Source: Alphaproteobacteria bacterium (GTDB taxonomy: Bacteria; Pseudomonadota; Alphaproteobacteria; CADEGL01). From it: 64,000 bases of DNA. Under the pieces are notes generated by a model. The model worked only from the letters and a program-made list of their open reading frames with translations. It did no database searches and was not told where the DNA came from. The stretch is taken from the NCBI GenBank assembly GCA_026400755.1, contig JAPLOM010000030.1, forward strand, positions 7,145-71,144, written 5' to 3'. How positions within the stretch are numbered: position 1 is the first letter of the stretch; every line of letters begins with the position of its first letter. The position numbers were made by a program, and so were the translations under genes. Below, piece by piece: positions 38,480 through 48,048 of the stretch.

Positions 38480-39643
38480 ATGGGGCCGAAATTCGCCGCG
38501 TTTCCCGAGGCCGACTACCGCGAGCGCATGGCACGCGCGCGGGCCGCATTGAAGAAGGCGGGCATCGACGCCTGCATCTCCGTTGGGCCGGAGCATCTTT
38601 ATTATCTCGGCGGTTACGATTCCTGGGTTGCCGCCAATAGCCCGCAGGCCATGGTCTTCATGACCGAGGGGGGCGAGCCCGGCCTGATCGTGCGCGACGT
38701 GGACGAACTTTTGGCCACGGAATCCACCTGGATCAAGGACGTCCGCACCTACCGGCTGCATGCCGAAAACGCGGCCGAGCGCATTGCCGCGCTGGCGCGC
38801 GAGAAAGGTTTGAAGGGCGGCAAGGTCGCCATCGAGACCCAATCCTTTGCCCTGCCGTTCGCGCTCGGCGATGCGCTGCGCAAGGCGCTGGCGCCGGCCG
38901 AGATCGTCGATGCGACCGAGCTTCTGGGTGACATCCGCCATATCAAGTCGGCGCGCGAGATGGTGTATGTCGAGGAGGCTGCGCGCTTCACCAATATCGG
39001 CCTCGAGGCTGCCCGCAAAGCGCTCAAGCCCGGCATCACCGAGATCCAATTGGCCGCGGCGCTGGAAGGCGCCATGCGCGGCGCGGGTTCGGATTACTGG
39101 TCGATTCCGACGGAGTTGACCGGCGGGCCACGCAGTGCGGGCGGTCATGGCACGCCGCGTGACCGGGTGATCGAGGCGGGCGAACTCGTGCATGTGGAGT
39201 TCGCCGGCGTTTCGAACCGCTATCACACCGTGTGCTGTCATACGATGTCCGCGGGCGAGCCCAGCAAGCGGGCCCGCGATGTCTACCGGATCACGCGCGA
39301 ATCGCTTCAGGCCGCGCTCAAGGTGATCCGCCCCGGCGTGCCGGTCGGGGACGTGGAGGAGGCGTCCTATGTCCCCCTCCGCCGCGAAGGGCTGGAGCAT
39401 GCGGCCATGATGCGCTTCGGCTACGGCATCGGTGCGGCGTTCCCGCCGGTCTGGCTGGAATCGCTCCAGATCAGCCGCGGCTTCGACCGCACGCTCGAGC
39501 CCGGCATGGTTTTCGTTCTCCACGCTTCCCTGGCATTGATCGACGAGGGGATCGGCACGATGCAGGGCGGCACCTACACGATGACCCCGTCTGGCCTCAA
39601 GATGCTGGTGGGCGGCGGCGACCGGGACCTGGACGTCCGTTGA
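38480..39643 (+). CDS. M24/creatinase-fold hydrolase, ectoine hydrolase (DoeA)-like
   Basis: EHLYYLGGYD, IKSAREM, EFAGVSNRYH, FGYGIGAAFPP; canonical metal ligands lost. Confidence 0.8.
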   Translation: MGPKFAAFPEADYRERMARARAALKKAGIDACISVGPEHLYYLGGYDSWVAANSPQAMVFMTEGGEPGLIVRDVDELLATESTWIKDVRTYRLHAENAAERIAALAREKGLKGGKVAIETQSFALPFALGDALRKALAPAEIVDATELLGDIRHIKSAREMVYVEEAARFTNIGLEAARKALKPGITEIQLAAALEGAMRGAGSDYWSIPTELTGGPRSAGGHGTPRDRVIEAGELVHVEFAGVSNRYHTVCCHTMSAGEPSKRARDVYRITRESLQAALKVIRPGVPVGDVEEASYVPLRREGLEHAAMMRFGYGIGAAFPPVWLESLQISRGFDRTLEPGMVFVLHASLALIDEGIGTMQGGTYTMTPSGLKMLVGGGDRDLDVR

Positions 39644-40614
39644 TGTCCAAAAACAGTTACGAGAGCGGCCGTCTTAACCTGCCTTTCGTCGGGCATTGCA
39701 CCTTTGGCAAACAGCCGGTCTGTTTGGATTGGGACGAGATCGACGCCGACGTGGCCGTGATGGGTGCGCCCTTCGACATGGGCACGCAGTACCGCGCCGG
39801 CGCGCGCTTCGGTCCACGCGCGATCCGCGAGGCGTCCACGCTGTTCTCGTTCGGTCATGGCGGCGCCTACGACTTCGAGGATGACGTGGTCTACTTGCCC
39901 GTCGATGAAGTTCGTATCGTCGACATGGGTGACGCCGACATCATCCATACGGATACGCTCAAGAGCCACGCGAACATCGAGTTCGGCGTGCGCAAGATCC
40001 TCCAGGCCGGCGCGATGCCGGTGGTGCTGGGCGGCGATCATTCCGTTCATATCCCCTGCATCCGTGCCTTCGACGACCAGGCGCCGGTCCATATCATTCA
40101 TATCGACGCACACTTGGATTTCGTCGACGAGCGGCACGGCGTCCGCTACGGCCATGGCAACCCGTTGCGCCGCGCGTCGGAGATGAAGCACGTCACTGGC
40201 ATGACCCAGATGGGCATCCGCAACGTCTCGTCGTCCAACAAGTCGGACTACGACGCGGCGCGCAAGGCGGGCTCGGATATCCTGTCGGTGCGCGACGTAC
40301 GGCGGCTCGGTACCGCGGGCGTCTTGAAGCGCATCCCCAAGGGCGTGCGCTATTACTGCACGATCGATATCGACGGTTTCGATCCGTCGATCGCGCCGGG
40401 CACGGGCACGCCCAGCCACGGCGGATTCCTCTATTACGAGGTCCTGGAGATTCTGCAGGGCCTGGTCCAACAGGGCGATGTCGTCGGTCTCGACCTGGTC
40501 GAGGTGGCGCCGGACTACGATCCTGGCGGCGTCACGGGTTTCCTGGCGGCGCAGCTTTTGATGAACCTGCTGGGCTTCGTCTTCCACGCCCGCGGCCGGC
40601 GCAACTCTCCCTAA
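39643..40614 (+). CDS. speB: Agmatinase (ureohydrolase family)
   Basis: GAPFD, GARFGPRAIR, GGDHS, DAHLD, GHGNP, DIDGFDPSIAPGTGTP, VEVAP. ATG overlaps the previous stop. Confidence 0.9.
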   Translation: MSKNSYESGRLNLPFVGHCTFGKQPVCLDWDEIDADVAVMGAPFDMGTQYRAGARFGPRAIREASTLFSFGHGGAYDFEDDVVYLPVDEVRIVDMGDADIIHTDTLKSHANIEFGVRKILQAGAMPVVLGGDHSVHIPCIRAFDDQAPVHIIHIDAHLDFVDERHGVRYGHGNPLRRASEMKHVTGMTQMGIRNVSSSNKSDYDAARKAGSDILSVRDVRRLGTAGVLKRIPKGVRYYCTIDIDGFDPSIAPGTGTPSHGGFLYYEVLEILQGLVQQGDVVGLDLVEVAPDYDPGGVTGFLAAQLLMNLLGFVFHARGRRNSP

Positions 40615-40625
40615 CCCAAAACGAA

Positions 40626-40651
40626 ACGGGGCGCCCTCGCGGGCGCCCCGT
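40626..40651 (-). terminator. Terminator between convergent operons
   Basis: ACGGGGCGCCC-TCGC-GGGCGCCCCGT 11-bp stem with TTCGTTTT on the minus strand. Confidence 0.7.
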
Positions 40652-40675
40652 CGCATTCCGGTCGGCCGGGGCGCG

Positions 40676-41605
40676 TTAGTCGCCGGCGGCGCGGCGCGCG
40701 GCGTTGGCCGGGGTCAGGAAGCCGGTTTCCTCGTAGATCGCGCGCAGCTTGGCTTTCTGCTCGTCGGTGAACATCAGCATCGGCGGGCGCGAATGGCCAC
40801 CCGGCAGGCCGAGTAGGTTCATCGATTCCTTGATGGCGATGTAGCCGCTGCCGACGCCGAACAGGTCGTAGACGCGGCAGACGGTCTCGTGCGCCTTGCG
40901 CGCGCCCTTGATGTCGCCCTTCTGCCAGCAATTGTAGATGTCGACGGCCGTCTTGCCGATCACCTGCGGCACCATGGCGACGCAGCCAACCGCGCCGACC
41001 GCGAGGGCGGGCAGGTAGAGATTCTCCAGGCCCACGAAGATGCGAATCTTGTCGCCGACCAGGCGCACCAGATTGTTCATCTGGAACATGTCGAAAGAGG
41101 TGTCCTTGATCGCGACCACGCCGTCGATATCGGCCAGGCGATCGACCAGCTCCGGCGTCAGCACGGCGCGCACGTAGCGCGGGCTGTTGTAGAGCATGAT
41201 CGGCAGGCCGCTTTCGCCCGCGACCCGCTTGTAGAACTCGACCACCTCGCGCTCGTCGAGGCCGACATAGAGCGGGGTCAAGGTCATGCCGCCGGCGCAG
41301 CCGATCTTCTTGGCATGCTTGGCGATGTCGATGACGTCCTCGGTGCGGATGCCGGCTGGACCGCACAGGACGGGCACGCGGCCTTTGGCCTGTTCGACCG
41401 CGATCTCCTGCACGCGCTTGCGCTCGTCGGCGGACATCAGGAAGAACTCGCCCGTGCTGCCGCCGGCGATCACGCCATGGCAGCCCGCCGCGATGACGTT
41501 ATCCACGACTTGGCGGAAGGCTTTCTCGTCGAGAGCGCCGTCCTTCTTGAACGGCGTCACGATCACGGCGAACGAACCGTGCCAATCGACGCGCTGCTTG
41601 GCCAT
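40676..41605 (-). CDS. DapA/NanA-family class I aldolase/dehydratase
   Basis: IVTPF, GGSTGEF, MLYNSP, Schiff-base Lys in AIKDTS. Confidence 0.88.
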   Translation of the reverse strand: MAKQRVDWHGSFAVIVTPFKKDGALDEKAFRQVVDNVIAAGCHGVIAGGSTGEFFLMSADERKRVQEIAVEQAKGRVPVLCGPAGIRTEDVIDIAKHAKKIGCAGGMTLTPLYVGLDEREVVEFYKRVAGESGLPIMLYNSPRYVRAVLTPELVDRLADIDGVVAIKDTSFDMFQMNNLVRLVGDKIRIFVGLENLYLPALAVGAVGCVAMVPQVIGKTAVDIYNCWQKGDIKGARKAHETVCRVYDLFGVGSGYIAIKESMNLLGLPGGHSRPPMLMFTDEQKAKLRAIYEETGFLTPANAARRAAGD

Positions 41606-41672
41606 TTCTCTCTCCCGTCTTCGCGCTGGCTAGGAAGTCATGATTTTGCGCCGGTTGGGGCCCGAGGGCAAC

Positions 41673-43226
41673 TCAGGCGCCCGGGCGGCGGTGGTTGCGC
41701 TCCAGATAGGCCAGATACCCGTCGGCTTCCTTCTGAATCCGCGCCTCGTCCCAGCCCATGATGTCGGCCACGGTTTCCGCCGCCTTGTGCGCGCCCTCGC
41801 GTCCCTGGGTTTCGGTCCAGCCGGCGCCCACGCGGCGGCACAGGATATCCACCAGGTTCTGGGGCTGCTCGTGTTCGGCCGCATGGCGCAGGTCGCTCAG
41901 CTTGATCTCCGGATAGTGGTTGAGAAGGGCGGGCGAGGACGGGTTGTCCGGGAACTTGCGCGGCCGGTAGTCCAATTCCTTGGGTGCGCCGGATGGCTTG
42001 ACCACGGCCTGGATTCGGCCGGCCAGTTCGATGCCCGCCGAGCGATGGGTGGTCAGTGGTCCTGCCGTCATGGCGAAGACGTTAGGCATACCCTCGCCTG
42101 AGAAGTCGTGGACCTCGCGCGAACGCGCGCCCTTGGGCAGGTCGGGGTCGTAGGTGAGGGGGCGCACGCCGGCCCAGGAGTAAAGGACGTCGGAGCGCTT
42201 CAGCCCGATGCTGGGCAGCAGATGGTTGGCTTCTTCGAGGAGCCAGTCCATGTCCTCGTCGTTCGGGCGGATGTCGTCGACATCCCCGTCATAGACCGTT
42301 TCGGTCACACCCATGTAGTGGAGCCCTTGCCGCCACGGCACGAGATAGACCGGCTCCACGCCCTTGCGGTTCAGCGTGATGATGCCGTAGCCCGCGCATT
42401 CCTCGGGCAGGCGGATCACCACATGGACGCCCTTGGTGCCCAGGATGCGCCGTTTGGCTGCGCCGCCGGCCAGCTTGTTCACCTTGTCGATCCAGATGCC
42501 GGCCGTGTTCAGCACCGACTTGGCGGTCACGGTGACGGGCTTCTCGCCGCCGTTCGCGTCGGCCAGCGTCAGCGTCCAGCTTCCGCCTTTGCCTTGCGCC
42601 ATGCCGGTCACGGGCGTGTAGGTGCGCACCACGGCGCCCATGCGTTCGGCGTCCAGCGCCATGTCGACGCCCACGCGCTCGGCCCAGTCGAACTGGTATT
42701 CGCGGAACATGGCCACGCCCTCGAGCTTGTCGAGATCACGCAACCGGCCGAACAGCGGCGAGGCCTTGGCTTCGCTCGCGTTCAGGCGTTTGTAGTCCAA
42801 CGGCGGATCGGTCGGACCCAGCGCCTTCAGGACCTTGAAGGCCAGATCGAGCTGCCAGGGCCTGTAGGCGCCGCCCTTGTAGATCGGGAACCCGAACTTC
42901 ACCAGGCGCGTGCGCGCCTCCGAGGTCTTCACGAACTCGCTGCGCGCGATCATGGACTGGCGCGTCATGCGCAAGGCGGTCGAGAGCTTTTTCGGACTTG
43001 AGATCAGGTCCCACATGGTTCCGCCGGGCGCGAGATAACGCAGGCCGCAATGGATCAGGCGGGTGGAGCGGCTCGACGAAGCCGCGGCGATGTCGCCCTT
43101 GTCGACCAGCAAGACGGAATAGCCGAGGGCGGCCAGTTGCTGGGCGGCGCTGCAGCCGTTGATGCCGGCGCCGGCGATGGCGACGTCGAACTCGCGGCCT
43201 GCGAGGCTGGCCAAGGTCACGCGCAT
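41673..43226 (-). CDS. FAD-dependent glycerol-3-phosphate dehydrogenase/oxidase (GlpD)-like oxidoreductase
   Basis: GAGINGC, SSRSTRLIHCGLRYL, NTAGIW, KGVHVV, WAGVRPL, DILCRR. Confidence 0.85.
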   Translation of the reverse strand: MRVTLASLAGREFDVAIAGAGINGCSAAQQLAALGYSVLLVDKGDIAAASSSRSTRLIHCGLRYLAPGGTMWDLISSPKKLSTALRMTRQSMIARSEFVKTSEARTRLVKFGFPIYKGGAYRPWQLDLAFKVLKALGPTDPPLDYKRLNASEAKASPLFGRLRDLDKLEGVAMFREYQFDWAERVGVDMALDAERMGAVVRTYTPVTGMAQGKGGSWTLTLADANGGEKPVTVTAKSVLNTAGIWIDKVNKLAGGAAKRRILGTKGVHVVIRLPEECAGYGIITLNRKGVEPVYLVPWRQGLHYMGVTETVYDGDVDDIRPNDEDMDWLLEEANHLLPSIGLKRSDVLYSWAGVRPLTYDPDLPKGARSREVHDFSGEGMPNVFAMTAGPLTTHRSAGIELAGRIQAVVKPSGAPKELDYRPRKFPDNPSSPALLNHYPEIKLSDLRHAAEHEQPQNLVDILCRRVGAGWTETQGREGAHKAAETVADIMGWDEARIQKEADGYLAYLERNHRRPGA

Positions 43227-43343
43227 TGGGTGCTCTCCCGAGGAGGTGTGATCATCTGTGGGAACGGGCGGATGCTAGCCGACCTGAATCGCCCGCGAAA
43301 CGCCGTCGCTGGTTAATTACATGGCGATGAAGGTCTCGTTTGC

Positions 43344-43373
43344 TTGACGGGTTTTAGGCCACCTGTCTAGTAT
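43344..43373 (+). promoter_or_regulatory. Sigma-70-type promoter for the ABC operon
   Basis: TTGACG-N18-TAGTAT in the divergent intergenic region. Confidence 0.5.
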
Positions 43374-43593
43374 TTGGGCTGGTGTCCGAGGGGCAGGATT
43401 GGCTTAGCTTCGGCCGCGCTGGTCCGCCCCACCTAAGGGCTTCGGAGACGCAAAAAGGGCAAAGACCCTTTGGGTCCGAAGTCGTGGATGGATGCGGCCG
43501 TGTCGGCTGTGGAGGCGGTCGGGACGGCAACTGGGATGTCTGGGAGCGCGCCGGGCGGCATGCAACGCCTCCGGCTTAACGGGGAGAATCCGT

Positions 43594-45174
43594 ATGACTA
43601 TCCATGATTCTAACGGCGTTGGCCGTCGTTCATTCTTGAAGGGTGCGGCCGCCGCCGGCGGTATGGCCGTTGTGACCGGACCGATGTTGTCCCGCGTGGC
43701 ACTTGGTCAGACGCGCGGCGGCACGCTGCGCGCGGCGCTTCTCGGCTTCGGCGTGGTCAACACGCTCGACCCGCAGAAGGCCGGTTTGAATTCGGACTTC
43801 TTCGTCTTGAACACGATGTTCAACTCGTTGGTGAAGTTCGACGGCAACATGAAGATCGTGCCTGATCTGGCCGAGTCTTGGACCAATCCCAACCCGACCA
43901 CTTACGAATTCAAGCTGCGCAAGGGCGTGAAGTTCCACGACGGCAACGAGATGACCTCGGACGACGTGAAGTTCACGATCGAGCGCGTCGCCGCCGAGGC
44001 CACCAAATCGCCCAACCGCGCCAAGTTCACAGTGATCGACAAGATCGAGACGCCGGACAAGTACGCCATCCGCTTCGTCACCAAGACGCCTTTCGTCCCG
44101 CTTCTGTCGTTCTTCACGAACACCACTACGGGTTCGCAGATCATCTCGCGCAAGGCGCTCGAGAAGATGGGCGACGAAGCGTTCGGCAAGGCGCCGGTCG
44201 GCACGGGCGCGTTCAAGTTCAAGGAGTGGAAGCCGGGCGAGAAGGTATCCTTTGTCGCGCATAAGGAATATTTCGAGCAGGGCTTGCCCTATTTGGACGC
44301 AGTCGACATCCCGCTGATCCCCGAGGAGTCGTCGGGCATCACGGCCATTCTGGGCGGCCAGATCGACATCGCGAGCACCGCGCCGTTCGCCGACGTGCCG
44401 AAGCTGCAGCAGGACCCGAACATCACCGTCTCCAAGATGCCGGGCCTGAACTTCCGCTTCATCCAGCTCAACATCCAGAAGCCGCCTTTCGACGACGTGC
44501 ATTTCCGCCGCGCGCTCTCGCTCGCGACCAACCGCGAGGCCATCGTCGCGGCCGCTTTGTTCGGCGAGGGCAGCCCGATGTGGGGTGCCACGCCCCCGGC
44601 TATCGCCTGGGCCTATGAGAAGAAGCCGCGCGAGCTGTGCGTCTTCAACCCTGAACGCGCCAAGGCCGAGCTTGCCAAGTCCAAGTACAAGGCCGGCACC
44701 GAGGCGCAGGTCATCACGTGGGGCTCGAGCTGGTGGAAGCGCTGGACCGAGATTTTCGTCGCCCAGGTGAACCAGGTTCTCGGCGTGAAGTTCACTCTCG
44801 ACGTGATGGAGCCGAACGCGGCGTTTTCGCGGTTCCGCGCGAACGACATGCAGGCTCAGGCGACCGGTTGGATCGCGCGCGTGGAAGCCGATGAGTACGT
44901 GCCCGAGATTTTCCGCACCGATGGTTCGCGCAATTTCAACAAGTACTCGAACCCCGAGGTCGACAAGCTGGTGGACGCCAGCCGTCAGGAGTTCGATCAG
45001 GCCAAGCGCGGCGAGCTTTTGAAAAAGGCGGAGGATCTCGTCGTCGAAGACATGCCGATGATCTTCACGATGAACAACAACGCCCACAATATGTGGAACA
45101 AGAAGGTGAAGGGCTTCGTGCCGCTGCCTTCGCAGAGCTTTGGTAATCAGTTCCCGCCGGTCAACCTCGGCTAA
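43594..45174 (+). CDS. ABC transporter substrate-binding protein, family 5 (Dpp/Opp), Tat signal
   Basis: GRRSFLK Tat motif, PDLAESW, LRKGVKFHDG, PVGTGAFKF. Confidence 0.92.
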   Translation: MTIHDSNGVGRRSFLKGAAAAGGMAVVTGPMLSRVALGQTRGGTLRAALLGFGVVNTLDPQKAGLNSDFFVLNTMFNSLVKFDGNMKIVPDLAESWTNPNPTTYEFKLRKGVKFHDGNEMTSDDVKFTIERVAAEATKSPNRAKFTVIDKIETPDKYAIRFVTKTPFVPLLSFFTNTTTGSQIISRKALEKMGDEAFGKAPVGTGAFKFKEWKPGEKVSFVAHKEYFEQGLPYLDAVDIPLIPEESSGITAILGGQIDIASTAPFADVPKLQQDPNITVSKMPGLNFRFIQLNIQKPPFDDVHFRRALSLATNREAIVAAALFGEGSPMWGATPPAIAWAYEKKPRELCVFNPERAKAELAKSKYKAGTEAQVITWGSSWWKRWTEIFVAQVNQVLGVKFTLDVMEPNAAFSRFRANDMQAQATGWIARVEADEYVPEIFRTDGSRNFNKYSNPEVDKLVDASRQEFDQAKRGELLKKAEDLVVEDMPMIFTMNNNAHNMWNKKVKGFVPLPSQSFGNQFPPVNLG

Positions 45175-45197
45175 CGGCGGTTCTTTCTTCGGGATAT

Positions 45198-45223
45198 GCC
45201 CCGGCGCCGTCAGGCGCCGGGGC
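45198..45223. terminator. Intercistronic stem-loop after the SBP gene (mRNA stabiliser/attenuator)
   Basis: GCCCCGGCGCC-GTCA-GGCGCCGGGGC perfect 11-bp stem. Confidence 0.6.
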
Positions 45224-45246
45224 AAGCTTTAGAGTAACAAGCCGCG

Positions 45247-46200
45247 ATGGGCTTTCTTTGGTATCTGACGATCCGCATTGGTGGCGCGCTCGCGACCATC
45301 GCCGCAGGGTCGTTCCTCATCTTCCTGATCATGCATCTGGCGCCCGGCGACCCGGCGCTGGCGGTGCTTGGAGAATCCGCGACCACGGAAACGATCGCCG
45401 CTTATCGCGCCGAGCACGGGCTGGACGAGCCGGTGCTGGTTCAGTTTGTGATCTGGGCCAAGATGGTCCTGCAAGGCGATCTGGGTAAGTCGATCGCCTT
45501 AGCTGGCAAGTTCCCGATCTCGGACCTTCTGGTCACGCGCCTGCCCAATACGATCTTCATCGGCCTCTATGGCCTGGTCATCGCGCTGGTCATCTCGCTG
45601 ATCGCGGGAACGGCGGCGGCGTTGCGCCAAGGCAAGCTCGTCGACACCGTGGCCACGGGCGTCGCGGTCCTCGGTATCTCGATGCCGGACTTCTGGTTCA
45701 GCTATGTGCTGATCCTCTTCTTCGCGTTGTCGCTCGACTGGTTCCCGTCCTACGGCTTCACCCCGCCCGGCGAATCGCTGATCGGTGCTTTCCACAGCGG
45801 CTTTCTTCCGGCCTTGGCCATCGCCGCGCCTATGGCGGGTGTTTTCGCGCGTATCCTGCGCGCCTCGCTGGTTGAGACCGCACGGCGCGAATACGTCACG
45901 GCTGCGCGTTCCTACGGGTTCGCCGCGCCGTTCGTGTTCATCCACTATGTCTTCCGGAACGCGATCATCCCGTTCGTGACGGTCTTGGGCCTGCAGGTCC
46001 GCTACCTTCTAGGCGGCGTGGTTATCATCGAGCGCGTTTTCGGCATTGCCGGCATGGGTTCCCTAATCGTGGATGGGGCTTTCGCGCGCGATTATCCGGT
46101 CGTTCAGGCCTGCGCGCTCACGTTCCTGGCCATCGTTCTGTCGGTCAATCTCATAGTCGACATCGTGTGCGCGCTGCTCGACCCGAGAAGGACCCGCTGA
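45247..46200 (+). CDS. ABC permease, DppB-like
   Basis: APGDP, GDLGKS, ISMPDFW, EYVTAARSYG, ARDYPVVQ. Confidence 0.92.
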   Translation: MGFLWYLTIRIGGALATIAAGSFLIFLIMHLAPGDPALAVLGESATTETIAAYRAEHGLDEPVLVQFVIWAKMVLQGDLGKSIALAGKFPISDLLVTRLPNTIFIGLYGLVIALVISLIAGTAAALRQGKLVDTVATGVAVLGISMPDFWFSYVLILFFALSLDWFPSYGFTPPGESLIGAFHSGFLPALAIAAPMAGVFARILRASLVETARREYVTAARSYGFAAPFVFIHYVFRNAIIPFVTVLGLQVRYLLGGVVIIERVFGIAGMGSLIVDGAFARDYPVVQACALTFLAIVLSVNLIVDIVCALLDPRRTR

Positions 46201-46201
46201 T

Positions 46202-47062
46202 ATGGCTACTCTCGCGACGCTGAAAGGCTTGGGACGCGAATTGCGCCACAACCGCGTGGCGTTGGGCGGCTTTGCCATCACTTCGTTCGTCCTGGTGGCC
46301 ATCGTCATTGGGCCTTCGTTTTCGCCCTACGATCCGACATTGATGGACTTTACTGCGATCCTGCAGCCGCCTTCGTGGGCGCACCCGTTCGGGACCAATT
46401 CCTTCGGCATCGACGTGTTGACCCGCGTTCTCTATGGCGCGCGGAACTCCTTCATGATCAGTTTTGCCGGGGTGTCGTTGGGCGCAATCGTCGGCACCCT
46501 GATCGGCATGACCTCGGCTTATATGGGCAAGCTGTTCGACGCCGTCGCGATGCGCCTGGTCGATCTTCTGTTCGCGTTCCCGATCTTCGTTCTGGCACTG
46601 ATGTTGATGCTTATCCTGGGCTTCGGCGTGCAGAATGTGATTGTCGCGATCGCGCTGGTCTACATTCCGAACTTCGCGCGCATGGCGCGCAACACGACCA
46701 TGGTGGTGAAGTCCGAACCTTATGTGCAGGCCGCCCAGGTCATGGGGCAGCCGCGCCTCCGCATCATGGTGCGCGAGATCCTGCCCAACATCGCCGCGCC
46801 CTTGTTCGTGCAATTCACGGTCGGCCTGGCGTTCGCCATTATTATCGAGGCGGGCCTGAGCTTCATCGGCCTGGGCGTGCAGCCGCCGACGCCATCCCTC
46901 GGCGTCATGATGGCCGACGGCAAGGATTACTTCCATCGCGGGCCTTGGGTGCTGACGCTCACCGGCTTGGCGCTCATGTTCGCGATCCTCGGCCTCAACC
47001 TTCTGGGCGACGGTTTGCGCGACCTGCTCGATCCGCGTCTGCGCCGGAGGTCAGCGGCATGA
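46202..47062 (+). CDS. ABC permease, DppC-like
   Basis: HPFGTNSFGID, YVQAAQVMG, EAGLSFIGLGVQPPTPSLG, LNLLGDGLRDLLDPR. Confidence 0.92.
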   Translation: MATLATLKGLGRELRHNRVALGGFAITSFVLVAIVIGPSFSPYDPTLMDFTAILQPPSWAHPFGTNSFGIDVLTRVLYGARNSFMISFAGVSLGAIVGTLIGMTSAYMGKLFDAVAMRLVDLLFAFPIFVLALMLMLILGFGVQNVIVAIALVYIPNFARMARNTTMVVKSEPYVQAAQVMGQPRLRIMVREILPNIAAPLFVQFTVGLAFAIIIEAGLSFIGLGVQPPTPSLGVMMADGKDYFHRGPWVLTLTGLALMFAILGLNLLGDGLRDLLDPRLRRRSAA

Positions 47063-48048
47063 GCGACGTCACTCTCACCCTCAGGAACCTTTCCACGGGG
47101 TTCAAGATGGGCGGCCGCGTGATGAACGTGGTGCGCGAAGTCGATCTTGAGGTGCGCAAGGGCGAGATGCTTGGGCTGATCGGCGAATCGGGCTCTGGCA
47201 AGACCGTGACAGGCATGTCGATCCTGCGCCTGTTGCCCGAGAATGCCGTGACCGAGGCCGACACGCTCGACTTCCTGGGCATCGACCTGCTCAAGCTTTC
47301 GACGGAACAGTTCCGCGAGATGCGCGGCACGCGCCTGGCCATGGTCTTCCAGGACCCCGTCGGCGCGTTCAATCCGGCCAAGAAGATCAGTTGGCATCTG
47401 AAGCAGGTGTTCGAACGGGCAGGTACGAAATCGCCCGCCCATGCTGAACGTGCCAAGAACTGGCGCGCCTCGGCCATCAAGCTCCTGGCTGACGTGGGGA
47501 TTCCCCACGGCGCCAACGTGATGCGCCAGTACCCGCACCAGCTTTCCGGCGGCATGCTCCAACGCACCCTGATCGCCTTGGTGCTGGTATTCGAGCCCGA
47601 ACTGATCGTGGCCGACGAGCCCACGACGAATCTGGATAACATCGTCGAGCGGCAGATCCTGCGCTTGTTCCGCGATCTGCAGAAGCGGCTCGACTGCGCC
47701 TTCCTCTATGTGACCCACGATATGACGATCGCGGCCGTGTTGTGCGACCGCATCGCCGTGATGTATGCGGGCAGCATCGTCGAGATCGGCCCGACCAAGC
47801 AGATCTTCGCCGATCCCAAGCACCCCTATACGCAGGGCCTTCTGGCCTCGGCGCTCGCTCTCGACACCAAGACCGAGCGATTGCAGGAGATTCCGGGCGA
47901 ACTCCCCAGCCCGGGCAAACTGCCGCCCGGATGCCTGTTCGAGCCGCGCTGCAAGTTCGCCAAGCCCGAATGCCGGGCCAAGGAACCGGCCATGGTCGAT
48001 GTGGGAGGAGAGCGCCACGTCCGCTGCGTTCTGTATGGCCATGGTTGA
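47059..48048 (+). CDS. ABC ATPase, DppD-like
   Basis: GESGSGKT, YPHQLSGG, ADEPTT, HPYTQGLL, C-terminal Cys cluster (GC.F.PRC). Confidence 0.92.
   Translation: MSDVTLTLRNLSTGFKMGGRVMNVVREVDLEVRKGEMLGLIGESGSGKTVTGMSILRLLPENAVTEADTLDFLGIDLLKLSTEQFREMRGTRLAMVFQDPVGAFNPAKKISWHLKQVFERAGTKSPAHAERAKNWRASAIKLLADVGIPHGANVMRQYPHQLSGGMLQRTLIALVLVFEPELIVADEPTTNLDNIVERQILRLFRDLQKRLDCAFLYVTHDMTIAAVLCDRIAVMYAGSIVEIGPTKQIFADPKHPYTQGLLASALALDTKTERLQEIPGELPSPGKLPPGCLFEPRCKFAKPECRAKEPAMVDVGGERHVRCVLYGHG

Noticed and set aside
37144-39643. Xaa-Pro aminopeptidases
   Set aside because: Several of the five canonical metal ligands are substituted, which favours creatinase-like chemistry.
43444-43585. c-di-GMP-I riboswitch (GGGCAAA, GACGCAAA and GCCTCCGG fragments)
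   Set aside because: The fragments are out of order and too far apart, and there is no room for the downstream helix before the RBS.
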